In this document: positions 38,537-49,650 of the stretch, in pieces
Layout of the letters: the number at the start of each line of letters is the position of its first letter
Numbering within the stretch: position 1 is the first letter of the stretch
Source of the DNA: Hemiscyllium ocellatum
Taxonomy: Eukaryota
Reading direction: 5' to 3'
DNA: 64,000 nt
NCBI RefSeq assembly: GCF_020745735.1
Contig: NC_083405.1
Location: 124,845,584-124,909,583 of the forward strand
Notes under the pieces: generated by a model
What the model was told of the DNA's origin: nothing
Seen by the model: only the letters and a program-made list of their open reading frames with translations
The model's database searches: none
Program-made: the position numbers and the translations under genes

Positions 38537-39823
38537 TAATTAGGAGTATAGGCAGACAAGTTGCCAGCACCTGATGGCCTTCATCCAAGAGCTTTAAAGG
38601 AAGTAGCTGTAATGGTAATGGAGGCATTGGTTGAAACATTTCCAGAACTTTCTGGTTTCTGGGAGAGTTTCAACAGTTTGGAAAATTCCTACTGTGAGAC
38701 CGCTATTCAAGAAGGAAAGGAAACAGATATTAAAACACTATAGGCAGTTAGCCTAATATCTATCATTGTGGAATAGAGTCAGTACATTTCAAAAATCCGA
38801 ATACAATCAAACAGAGTCAACATAATTTTGTGAAAGGGAAATTGTTAGACAAATTGCTAGAGTACTTGAGGATATAGGAAGCAGATTTGATAAAGGGGAA
38901 TTGAAAGATGTAGTGTATTTGGATTTTCTGAAGTCATTCAGTAAGCTGCCAGATAAAAAAGGACAACATCGACGCTCACAGTATTGGGGGACAATGTATT
39001 AGCATGGATTGAAGGTTTATTAACATATAGGCAAAGGGTCTGGATTAGTGCGTCTTCTTCAGATTCAAAAGCTTTACCTACAGAATGCCTCAAAGATCAA
39101 TCCTTGGGTCTCAATTATTTATTTTTTGTAAATGATTTGAAGGGGAGAGCATAGTGTAATGTATTTAAATGTGCTGATGATACAAAAATAGGCGGAAGGG
39201 CATATTGTAATGAGAACATAACCTATCTATATATCCCCTTGTAGATTTCTTGTGTGAATGAGAAAAAGAAACTTGGCAGATGGATCTGCTCACCGAGCTG
39301 GAAGTTTTAGCTGCAAACGTTTCGTTCCCTGGCTAGGGAACATCATCAGTGCTGTTGGAGCCTCGTGTGAAGCGCTGCTTTGATGTTTCTTCCGGTATTT
39401 ATATTGGTTTGTTCTTGCCGCTTCCGGGTGTCAGTTTCAGCTGCAGTGATTTGTATGTGGGGTCCAGGCCGATGTGTCTGTTGATGGATGTTCTTGCCGT
39501 TTCCGGGTGTCAGTTTCAGCTGTAGTGGTTTGTATATGGTGTCCAGGTCAATGTGTCTGTTGATGGAGTTTGGGGATGAATGCCATGCTTCTAGGAATTC
39601 TCTGGCTGTTCTCTGTCTGGCTTGTCCTATGATAGTGGTGTTCTCCCAGTCAAATTCATGTTGCTGGTTGTCTGAGTGTATGGCTACTAGAGATAGCTGG
39701 TCGTGTCGTTTTGTGGCTAGCTGATGTTCATGGATGCGGATTGTTAGCTGTCTTCCTGTTTGTCCTATATAGTGTTTTGTGCAGTCCTTGCATGGTATTT
39801 TGTAAACTACGTTAGGTGAGGAC

Positions 39824-40459
39824 ATGCCACAACCAAAAGGATTAGCCACTCTACCATACGTCAGGAGCGTCTCAGAACTGACAGCCAGACTACTGCGACC
39901 CTTAGGACTCATAACAGCACACAAGCCAACATCCACGCTCAGACAACAACTCACTAGAACAAAGGACCCAATACCCAGCATGAGCCAAACTAACGTAGTT
40001 TACAAAATACCATGCAAGGACTGCACAAAACACTATATAGGACAAACAGGAAGACAGCTAACAATCCGCATCCATGAACATCAGCTAGCCACAAAACGAC
40101 ACGACCAGCTATCTCTAATAGCCATACACTCAGACAACCAGCAACATGAATTTGACTGGGAGAACACCACTATCATAGGACAAGCCAGACAGAGAACAGC
40201 CAGAGAATTCCTAGAAGCATGGCATTCATCCCCAAACTCCATCAACAGACACATTGACCTGGACACCATATACAAACCACTACAGCTGAAACTGACACCC
40301 GGAAACGGCAAGAACATCCATCAACAGACACATCGGCCTGGACCCCACATACAAATCACTGCAGCTGAAACTGACACCCGGAAGCGGCAAGAACAAACCA
40401 ATATAAATACCGGAAGAAACATCAAAGCAGCGCTTCACACGAGGCTCCAACAGCACTGA
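39824..40459 (+). pseudogene. Penelope-like GIY-YIG endonuclease domain, truncated ORF (mirrored by 39346..39981 on the minus strand)
   Basis: VVYKIPCKDCTKHYIGQTGRQLTIRIHEH...REFLEAWHS..NSINR shows the GIY/YIG, R, E and N motifs with the CxxC linker of Penelope endonucleases; no RT domain. Confidence 0.85.
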
Positions 40460-40492
40460 TGATGTTCCCTAGCCAGGGAACGAAACGTTTGC
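40453..40492 (+). ncRNA. Minimal hammerhead ribozyme motif in the Penelope pLTR (mirror copy at 39313-39352, minus)
   Basis: GCA CTGATGA T GTTCCC tagcca GGGAAC GAAAC GTT TGC: stem I GCA/TGC, 6-bp stem II, ACGT palindrome. The third triplet base is U, unlike the canonical NUH (H = A, C, with U least active). Confidence 0.65.
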
Positions 40493-40725
40493 AGCAAAAA
40501 CTTCCAGCTCGGCGAGCAGAACCACAACAACGGATACCCAAGCTACAAATCTTCAATCAGATTTGGCAGATGGAGGTTAATACAAGGAAGTGTGAGTACA
40601 TGCACTTTAGTTGAAAGAACCAAATAGCACATTACTTTTAAATGGAGAAAAACTCAAAGAAACATTCTCTGCAGAAGGAACTAGGTATTCTTATGCTTGC
40701 AAGACCAATCATTAGCATGGTGTAG

Positions 40726-43455
40726 TCCAAGCCAAGATGGCAGCAGAGTAACAGGACTGCATACGGGCTCTTCCCTGGGCTCATCTGCTTCCGAATGCTT
40801 TCTTTCATTTCTTCCATTTTACTTCTGCTCTTTTTCTTTCGTTTTTTTTCCTTTCTTTGGTGCCTTTTGCGGTGTGTTGATCGGCAAGATCAGTGTGGCA
40901 ACTAGAGACCGTGCATGGAATAAGTGGCTACTTGTGCGGATGCAGCTCCTCATGGAGACTGGAGGCTGCAGAGACATTCTTCCATTGTTCGGAGCAGGTG
41001 GCAAAGCTCCTTCAGTGATAGGAGACAGCAGCTACAGCAAACATTTCAAGATGGCACCTCCAGCAAGGTGACATAGAGTCATTGAGCCATAGAGATGAAC
41101 AGCATGGAAACAGACCCTTTGGTCCAAACCGTCCGTGCAGACCGGATATCCCAACCCAATCTAGTCCCAACTGCCAGCACCCGGCCCATATCCCTCCAAA
41201 CCCTTCCTATTCATATACCCATCCAACTGCCTCTTAAATTGTGCAGTTGTACCAGCCTCCAACACATCCTCTGGCAGCTCATTCCATACACGTACCCCCT
41301 CTGCGTAAAAAAGTTGCCCCTTAGGTTTCTTTTATATCTTTCCCCTCTCACCCTAAACCTATGCCCTCAAGTTCTGAACTCCCCGACCCCAGAGAAAAGA
41401 CTTTGCCTATTTGTTCTATCCATGCCCCTCATAATTTTGTAAGCCTCTATAAGGTCACCCCTCAGCCTCCAATGCTCCAGGGAAAACAGCCCCAGCATGT
41501 TCAGCCTCTCCCTGTAGCTCAGATCCTCCAACCCTGGCAACATCCTTGTAAATCTTTTCTGAACCCTTTCAAGTTTCACAACATCTTTCTGATAGGAAAG
41601 AGACCAGAATTGCATGCAATATTCCAACAGTGGCCTAACCAATGCCCTGTACAGCTGCAACATGACCTCCCAACCCCTGTACTCAATAGTCTGACCAACA
41701 AAGGAAAACATACCAAACACCTTCTTCACCATCCTACCTACCTGCGACTCCACTTTCAAGGAGCTATGAACCTGCATTCCAAGGTCTCTTTGTTCAGCAA
41801 CACTCTGTAGTACCTTACCATTAAGTGTATAAGTCCTGCTAAGATTTGCTTTCCCAAATTGCAGCACCTCACATTTATCTGAATTAAACTCCATCTGCCA
41901 CTTCTCAGCCCATTGGCTCATCTGGTCCAGATCCTGTTGTAATCTGAGGTAACCCTCTTCGCTGTCCACTACACCTCCAATTTTGGTGTCATCTGCAAAC
42001 TTACTAACTGTACCTCTTATGCTCGCATCCAAATCATTTATGTAAATGACAAAAAATAGAGGGCCCAGCACCGATCCTTGAGGCACTCCACTGGTCACAG
42101 GCCTCCAGTCTGTAAAACAACCCTCCACTACCATCCTCTGTCTTCTACCTTTGAACCAGTTCTGTATCCAAATGGCTAGTTCTCCTTGTATTCCATTAGA
42201 TCGAACCTTGCTAATCAGTCTCCCATGGGGAACCTTGTTGAATGCCTTACTGAAGTACGTATAGATCACATCTACTGCTCTGCCCTCATCAATCTTCTTT
42301 GTTACTTCTTCAAAAAACTCAATCAAGTTTGTGAGATATGATTTCCCACGCACAAAGCCATATTGCCTATCCCTCAAGAGTCCTTGCCTTTCCAAATACA
42401 TGTACATCCTGTCCCTCAGGATTCTCTCCAACAACTTGCCCACCACCGAGGTCAGGCTCACCGGTCTATAGTTCCCTGGCTTGTCTTTACTGCCCTTCTT
42501 AAACAGTGGCACCACGTTTGCCAACCTCCAGTCTTCCGGCCCCTCACCTGTGACTATCGATGATACAGATATCTCAGCAAGAGGCCCAGCAATCACTTCT
42601 CTAGCTTCCCACTGAGTTCTCGGGTACACATGATCAGGTCCTAGGGATTTATCCACCTTTAATCGTTTCAGGACACCCAGCACTTCCTCCTCTGTAATCT
42701 GGACATTTTGTAAGATGTCACCATCTATTTCCCTACAATCTTTATCTTCCATATCCTTTTCTACAGTAAATACTGATGCAAAATATTCATTTAGTATCTC
42801 TCCATTTTCTGTGCCTCCATACAAAAGCCGCCTTGCTCATCTTTGAGGGGCCGTATTCTCTCTCTAGTTACCCTTTAGTCCTTAATATATTTGTAAAAAC
42901 CCTTTGGATTCTCCTTAATTCTATTTGCCAAAGCTATCTCATCTTGGAAGAAAGCAGCTGGAGCAGGTCTCTTGGTGAGATGGCTGCAGCAGGCGAGACC
43001 GACAGCCAGGCCAGGGCCCCATGGTTGCGGTACGCCCAGAGTAGGGACCCCTGACATTGGCAAGGTGCAGCAGCAGCAACATGGTATGCCCAAAGCCAGG
43101 ACTCCTGGTATCATCGAGGTGGCAGCTGAGCTGGAGATTCCTCATTGCAGTGGACTCAACACAGGACCCAGCATTGGCATCAGTCAGTTTGGCCCAGCAG
43201 TGAAGAGATGGTGCCTAAGGAGTGGTGACTCCTACATTGGAGAGTTCAATGCAGACGATGGTGAGGTGATGAAGGAGTGGTAGCGGCACAGGTATTGCTG
43301 GTGACCTGGCTCAGGACTCTCTTTCAGTTATATCTTTTATCCTGTTTATTCTTAAGTTACTCAAACAGTTGGGGTGACTGTTGAAGTTTTTCACTGTATT
43401 TACTGCATTATTCACTGTAAAATGCAAGTGACAAGAAATAAATCATACATTCATT
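40726..43455 (+). mobile_element. Unclassified repeat (about 40726-41074 plus 42946-43455) split by a CR1 insertion
   Basis: GC-richer sequence starting ccaagatggcagcagag and ending tcactgtaaaatgcaagtgacaagaaataaatca, a LINE-like tail; interrupts the host CR1. Confidence 0.4.
41075..42945 (-). mobile_element. Relatively young 5'-truncated CR1 LINE with open 485-aa RT ORF (41367..42824)
   Basis: [53 protein letters not shown]. Confidence 0.92.
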
Positions 43456-43677
43456 CAGTAAGTAATTAGGAAGACAAATGGAAATTCGGCCTTTATGGCT
43501 ATGGCTATGGCTATAACTATGGAGTTTCAAAAGAGGGAAGTCCTGTTACATCTGTTCATGCTGTTGGTGACGTTGCACCTGGAGTACTACTTACGGTTCT
43601 GGTCCCCATATTTAAGAAATAATGTATCAGCATCAGAGGCAATTCAAAAGAGATTCATAAGGCTGATCCCTGAGATG

Positions 43678-43777
43678 GGCTGAGTCCTGAAGAAGGGCTC
43701 ATGCCCGAAACATCGATTCTCTTGCTTCTTGGATGCTGCCTGGCCTGCTGTGCTTTTCCAGCAACACATTTTCAGCT
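43678..43777 (+). mobile_element. Short family-1 Penelope-derived piece with hammerhead-like core 43685-43716; 15-bp TSD
   Basis: TC CTGAAGA A GGGC tcat GCCC GAAAC ATC GA. TSD ctgatccctgagatg at 43663-43677 and 43778-43792. Confidence 0.75.
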
Positions 43778-44444
43778 CTGATCCCTGAGATGAACAGGTT
43801 CACTTATGCAGAATGATTCAGCAGCGTAGGGTTTTATTCATTGGAGTTTAGAAGAATGAGGGGTGATCTTGTTGAACCATACAAGATTCTGAGACAGCTT
43901 GACAAGGTAGATGTTGAGAAGATGTTTCTATTAGTGATGAAATAGTGAACCGGGGACATAGATACAAAGTAAAGGGCACTCATTTAAAATTGAGATGTGA
44001 AGGTATTTCTTCCCCCAGAAGATAGCGAATGTCTACTCCAGAGAGTTGTGAAGACTAGATCATTGAAATTACAGCAAACATTTATTTAACTGGCACCTTA
44101 TGAATTGACATTCTCGATAAATCGGCAAAAACTATACACCTCAAATATTATGTAGTTTATTGTATTATTCTATCCAGGTATTATAGGTTTTTAAATTTAT
44201 TTACCTCAGTGTAAATATATATGTTGTTCAGTCGAATGGCTACATAAGATACCAACAGTTGATTCAATTTAGTATCAATTTCTCCTCAAATACCACGATC
44301 TATCACTACGTATTGTTCAGTTGAAGGGTACGAATTTTTGAGAAGTCTGTCTGCCAATACATTTTAATTCAGGCAAAACTACATTATTATTTAAGTGATG
44401 TTTGCTGTAAATAAAGTTTCACTTACTTAGTGTGTGATTTTATA

Positions 44445-45390
44445 TTAAGATGTGAAGATATATGGTAGTAAGTTTGCAGATGACACCAAAGTTGGAGGTG
44501 TCATCACCAAAATTGGACAGTGAAGAAGGTTTCCTCAGATACAATGGGATGTTGGTCAGATGGGCCAATGGGCTGTGGAGTGACAGATGAAGGTTAATTT
44601 AGATAAATGTGAGGTACTGCTGTTTGGAAATAACATCAGAGCAGCACTTATACACTTTGTGGTAGGGTCCTAGAGAGTGTAGCTGAACATAGTGACTTTG
44701 GAGTGTAGGTTCATAGTTCACTGAAAGTGGAGTCGCAGATAGATAAGATAGTGAAGATAGCATTTGGTATGCTTTCCTTTATTGGTCAGAGCATTGAGTA
44801 TAAGAGTTGAGAGGTCATGTTATGGCTGTGCACGACATTAGTTAGGTCACTTTTGGAATACTGCATTCAATTCTGATCTCCCCGCTATAGGAAAGATGTT
44901 GTTAAACTTGAAAAGATTCATTAAAGATTTATAAGGATGTTGCCAAGTTTGGAGGGTTTAAGCTATAGGAAGAGGCAGAATAGGCTGGGAATATTTTCCT
45001 GGGGCATCAGAGGCTGAGAGGAAACCTTAGAGAGGTTTATAAAAACATGAGGGGCATGGATAGGGTGAATAGCCAAGGTCTTTTCTCCAGGGTAGGGGAG
45101 CCCAAATCTAGAGGCCATAGGTTTAAGGTAAGAGGGGAAAGATTTAAAAGGGACCTAAGGGGCAATTTTTTCACACAGAGGGTGGTGCATGTATGGAAGG
45201 AGCTGCCAGAGGAAATGGTGGAGGCTGGTACAATTACAACATTTAAAAGACATCTGGATGGGTATCTAAATGAGACAGGTTTAGAGTGATATCAGCAAAA
45301 TAAGACTAAAGTAATTTAGGATATCTGGTTAGTATGGATGAGTTGGACAGAAGGGTCTGTTTCCATGTTGTACAGCTCCATGACTGTGTG
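44445..45390 (+). mobile_element. CR1 LINE 3' portion
   Basis: agtttgcagatgacaccaaa (FADDTK) and RGHRFKVRGERFK (45047..45289). Confidence 0.85.
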
Positions 45391-45414
45391 TGACCCTTGA
45401 TTATTTGGTATATT

Positions 45415-46650
45415 CTATTTCTTCGAGGAAATGATCAAGTTGATAGATGAAAGAAGGGCTGTAGATGTCACATGCATGGACTTTAGTAAGGCATTTGATG
45501 AGGTTGCCCATGGTAGACTAATGGAGAAAGTTAAGTCATATGGCGTGCAGGGTGTTCTAGCTAGATGGATAAAGAACTGGTTGAGCAACAGGAGACAGAG
45601 AGTAGTAGTTGAAGGGAGTTTCTCGAAATGGAGAAAGGTGACCAGTGGTGTTCCGCAGGGGTCAGTGTTGGGGCCACTGTTGTTTGTAATATACATAAAT
45701 GATCTGGAAAAGGACACTGTTGGTATGATCAGCAAGTTTGCATATGACACAAAGATTGGTGGAGTAGCAGAAAGCATAAGGGGTGTCAGAGAATACAGGA
45801 GGATATAGATAGACTTGGAGAGTTGGGCGGAAAAGTGGCAAATGGATTTCTATCCAGACAAATGTGAGGTGATGCATTTAGGCAAGACTAATTCTAGAGC
45901 AAATTATACAATGAACAGAAGAGCCTTGCGAAAAGTTGATGGGCAGAGAGATCTGAGTGTGCAGGTCCATTGTACCCTGAAGGTTGCTGCACAGGTGGAC
46001 AGAGTGGTTAAGAAGGCATTTAATATGCTTGCCTTCATTGGAAAGGGTGTTGAGTATAAGAGCTGGCAAGTCATGTTAACATTGTACAAGACATTGGTTT
46101 AGCTGCATTTAGAATACTCTGTACATTTCTGGTTGCCACATTATCAAAAGGATGTGGACGCTTTGGAGAGGCTGCAGAGAAGGTTTACGAGGATGTTGTC
46201 TGGTATGGAAGGTGCTAGCTATGAAGAAAGGTTGAATAGGTTAGGTTTATTTTCATTAGAAAAAAGGAGATTGATTGAGGTTTATAAAATCATGAAGGGT
46301 ACAGACAGGGTGGATAGAGACAAGCTTTTTTGCAGGGTGAAGGATTCCATAACGAGAGGTCATGCTTTCAAGGTGAGAGGTGGAAAATTTAAGGGGGATA
46401 CACGTGGCAAGTACTTCACAGAGAGGGTGGTGGGCGTTTGGAACGCATTGCCAGCAGAGGTGGTTGAGGCAGGCACGGTAGATTCATTTAAGATGCATCT
46501 GGATAAATGCATGAGTAAGTGGGGAGCAGGGGGATACAGATGCTTAGGAATTGATCGACAGGTTTAGACATTACATTTGGATTGACTCAGGCTTGGAGAG
46601 CCGAAGGGCCCTGTTTCTGAGCTGTAAATTTTCTTTGTTCTTTGATCTTC
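45415..46650 (+). mobile_element. CR1 LINE 3' portion (different subfamily)
   Basis: [13 protein letters not shown]...[10 protein letters not shown] (45431..45808) and RGHAFKVRGGKF (46133..46567); (ttctttg)n tail. Confidence 0.88.
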
Positions 46651-47599
46651 TTATCATCACACTCCTGGTCCCATAGGTACCGGATATTAAAAAGTTTACT
46701 GTAATTAAAAATATGATAGATTTTTGAAACATTGAGGAGTTGAGGGCTATGATAACATGGGTACGAAGGAGGAATTGAGCCTTGGGCAGATCAACCATGA
46801 TCTAGTTGAATAGCATGGCAGGCTTGGAGGATCGAATGGCTTAATTCTGCTCCTTTTCTCATGTTCTTGCTATGATCTGCAAACACTCAACAATAGTCAG
46901 TAATAGGGGATGCTATACTAGTTATTATCTTTTTATCCGCTTGTCCATCGCTTCATGCACTTTCTAGCTTGATATAACAAGAGTTTAAGACATTGCCTTT
47001 GTAATAAAATCATATTTATTTATGTTTTATTGTAGTATGCAACTTGTTACATAATATTAGCTACTGGCTGAACTCGTACAATTGACTACCATGTAAGACT
47101 ATTTAAGTTGATCTATTTTGAGAATGTCAGAAGCTGTCAGAAAGTTACCTACAAAAGCAGACAGTGGAAAATGGAAGCCAGAGCATGCTGGAAATAATCA
47201 GCAGATCAATCAGATCTGGTGGAAAGAAATAATTATAAACTTGCTTGTTAATAACTTTTCATTAAAATGAAAAAGTCATCTACTTGAATGTTGAGTATAA
47301 TTGTCATACATAATTGAATTGTTGTTGGATCACACTATAAGTTATTTGTTGATGTATTTGTATTTCATATGAAAATAATTATCTTTACAACACAGTTCGT
47401 TGTACAGGATGTCAATGTTTTTGGATAAATATTAAAGTTTCCCTGTCCGGATTTATGTGACTATTGATGATCTACCTAATTACAATGTTCAGTGAAAATG
47501 AATGGGAATACATTTTTGTTACTCAATGGTTCCTTGAGCTCTTTGCTATGGTAGGATCTGGACCAAAACATCAGCTGATTAAATTCTTTTCTCCTCTAG

Positions 47600-47866
47600 T
47601 TCTCCCTGTGGTTTTCAAGCAAGAACTTAAGAACACAGAAGCTGATGAGGGTGATATGGTCACTTTGTTCTGCGAGATTACCAAACCTGATGCTCCAGTG
47701 AAATGGAAGAAAGGCAGTGTGGTACTCCAGTCAGGTGATAAGTATAAAATGAAGCAAGAAGGTTGCTGCATTCAATTGTCTGTATACAATCTAAAACCAG
47801 AAGATCAAGGAGAATATACCTGTGATTCCGGGGATCAGAAGACTACTGCATTTCTAAAAGTGAATG
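47600..47866 (+). CDS. obscn: Ig-domain exon F (267 nt, phase 1-1)
   Basis: Acceptor ttttctcctctag ends 47599, donor gtagg at 47867. Reads LPVVFKQELKNTEADEG...LFCEITKPDAPVKWKKG...DQGEYTCDSGDQKTTAFLKVN. Confidence 0.9.
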
Positions 47867-48839
47867 GTAGGAGTCACTTCAGTACTATATCATTTAAATC
47901 TAGGAAAAAATGTAAGTCACAGTCCTCTGTCTTGAAGCATTTAATGTTGTATGTGCTATTTTGAGATATGTTACTCGAGTCTTATTTCTCCTTGTAGTCA
48001 GCCATGTCACACATTATTTCCATTTTTTTTGTCTGTTGTCTTTATATATTAAATTAATTATGGTGATTCAGTAATCCAAAGTAGATTTCTTGATGTTTAA
48101 AAAATGTTTAATAACACGATTACTGGAAATAACTGATCTGTATGTTTTAATATTTGTGTCTTTTGAGGATGGATGTTCCTGATTCTTTCAGTAAATACAA
48201 AATCTGGGCAAGGATTCAATTAAAGCAAATTACACTGGAATTTGAAAATATATAAAGGTCCTGAAAATGTGCTGAAAATAACAGAAGTCCAGATTCGGTA
48301 TTGCTAAGAAGCATAGAAGTGTGGGAATTATGCACCAGTCAAGCATTCTGCATTGTTAATGACTTTCATGATCCTTTCTGACAAGACATGGAAGTGATTC
48401 TCATGTAAAGATAGTATCCTAAGTAGAATGTTTACTAGTCTTATCTTGTATTGACAAATAATCAATGTGAGAATATTTACTAAAGCAATTATTGAACCTT
48501 AACCAAATTAGAGTAGAAATAAGGATGTCCTGTACCACTGGATGGCTGTAATTGGATTTCATCCTTTACAGCAGAATTATTCCAAACATTTAGCTGTACT
48601 GTTGCCTAGAAAATTTCATCTAGGCGAATTCAAACCAGGAGAGGTGTGCTGGTCTAAAAGATTGCAATCTTAACATTTCCAAAGATATAGAAATCAATGG
48701 TTGCAGAAACAATTTAGTATGACTGATATGTATCATTTGCTTGTTATCAAGTGTACTCACCTGGAGACAAGGATCTGCAGAGTTAGTCCATTCACTGAAA
48801 TCAACTAGAAAAGAGACTTCCCTTCAATCAGTGGTGGAT

Positions 48840-49650
48840 ATGGCAATGTGATAAAGTCACTAATGAATGCCTTACCTATTTGGTTTTAATTTCTGCACTG
48901 CAGCTAAGAGAATTTAAATTCTGTTAATAAACATGAAATTAAAAACTAGTCTAATGTTGATCATGAAAACATTGTTGCAATAACCCACCTAGATCACTAT
49001 TGAAATCAGCTATCCTTCCTTCATCCAGCCTTCGTGTGACTGCAAATCCACAGCAGTGTGGTTGACTCAGTAATGCCTGAGTTGTATCAAACTGTGATGA
49101 TTCCTAACAGGAAGAAAACTGAATGGACTACCTGACACAATTGAAAGCCTAGCCCTGTCAACACTATTGATGTCATTACTAACATCTACAGGTTTGTGAC
49201 ATCAGTGGTACAGCTGATCTAGCAATAGGGGTGTAGAGTGTAGCAATAGCAATATCTAGCAATAGCCTGGCATTGTCTGTAAGGCAAGACTCAACAAATA
49301 CGACTATGTCCCAGACACCATTATCACCATACCTGGTTTTGTGTTACCTCAAGAGCAGGAAAGGTTCAATGAAGAATGCAGGACAGCATGGCAGCAGCAA
49401 CAACAGTCATAACTAAAATGAAATCTAAAACTGGTGAAGCTAAAACACAAACCTATTTTGTGCCAAACAGCAGAAGCAGCATGCAATAGAAAGGACTAAG
49501 TGTTCCCACAACCCAATGGATCAGATTTGAGCTGTACAGACCTGTCATTGCCAGTTGTGAACAGTGGTGAATAATTAAACACTCAATAGGAGGAACAAGC
49601 TCTACGAGTATCCCTATCCTTAATGATGGTGAATCCAGTGCATCTGTGAA
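48840..49650 (+). mobile_element. Old Deu-like SINE head followed by an L2-like LINE remnant
   Basis: gtgtgactgcaaatccacagcagtgtggttgactc resembles the core of the 26.9 kb SINE; downstream sequence resembles the 33.5-35.4 kb LINE family. Confidence 0.4.

Larger units (their letters stand above)
39285..40562. mobile_element. Young Penelope-like element, 5'-truncated, in inverted (fold-back) arrangement; 12-bp TSD
   Basis: Arms 39285-39815 and 39990-40520 (531 bp, 3 mismatches found by eye), spacer 174 bp. TSD ttggcagatgga at 39273-39284 and 40563-40574. Confidence 0.9.
37470..44030 (+). mobile_element. Old CR1 LINE acting as host, split into 37470-39284, 40563-40725 and 43455-44030 by nested insertions
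   Basis: ORF remnants PAPDGLHPRALKEVA (38561..38743) and LHLEYYLRFWSPYLR (43495..43683); host sequence resumes across each insertion. Confidence 0.7.
482..47866 (+). other. obscn: Internal segment of an obscurin-like giant sarcomeric protein gene (tandem I-set Ig cluster); start and stop lie outside the window
   Basis: Six paralogous 267-nt exons splice in frame (junction codons GTT, GTG, GCA, GCT, GTT) to 534 codons of tandem I-set Ig domains. The pattern P.xF.xEL.N.EAEEG.TA.L.CE.xKP.APV.WRKG...L..S.KY...Q.G...EL.I..L.PED.GEYTC..GDQ.TTA.L.V matches the one-exon-per-Ig middle cluster of obscurin as I recall it. OBSL1 or titin is not formally excluded. Confidence 0.75.

Noticed and set aside
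39346-39981. Independent 211-aa gene on the minus strand
   Set aside because: It is the mirror arm of the palindrome; its N-terminal part is just the antisense of the spacer.
39824-40459. Bacterial UvrC/homing endonuclease acquired by horizontal transfer
   Set aside because: The CxxC-containing GIY-YIG, pLTR hammerhead, TSD and older paralogues at 5.0 and 27.3 kb all indicate a Penelope-like element.
1756-42824. Retron, group II intron or DGR reverse transcriptases
   Set aside because: Motifs, downstream C-terminus and 3' tails are those of CR1 non-LTR retrotransposons.
6511-47964. ORF-track extensions before and after the Ig domains as real protein
   Set aside because: They run through canonical AG/GT sites at identical positions in all six paralogues; they are intronic read-through.
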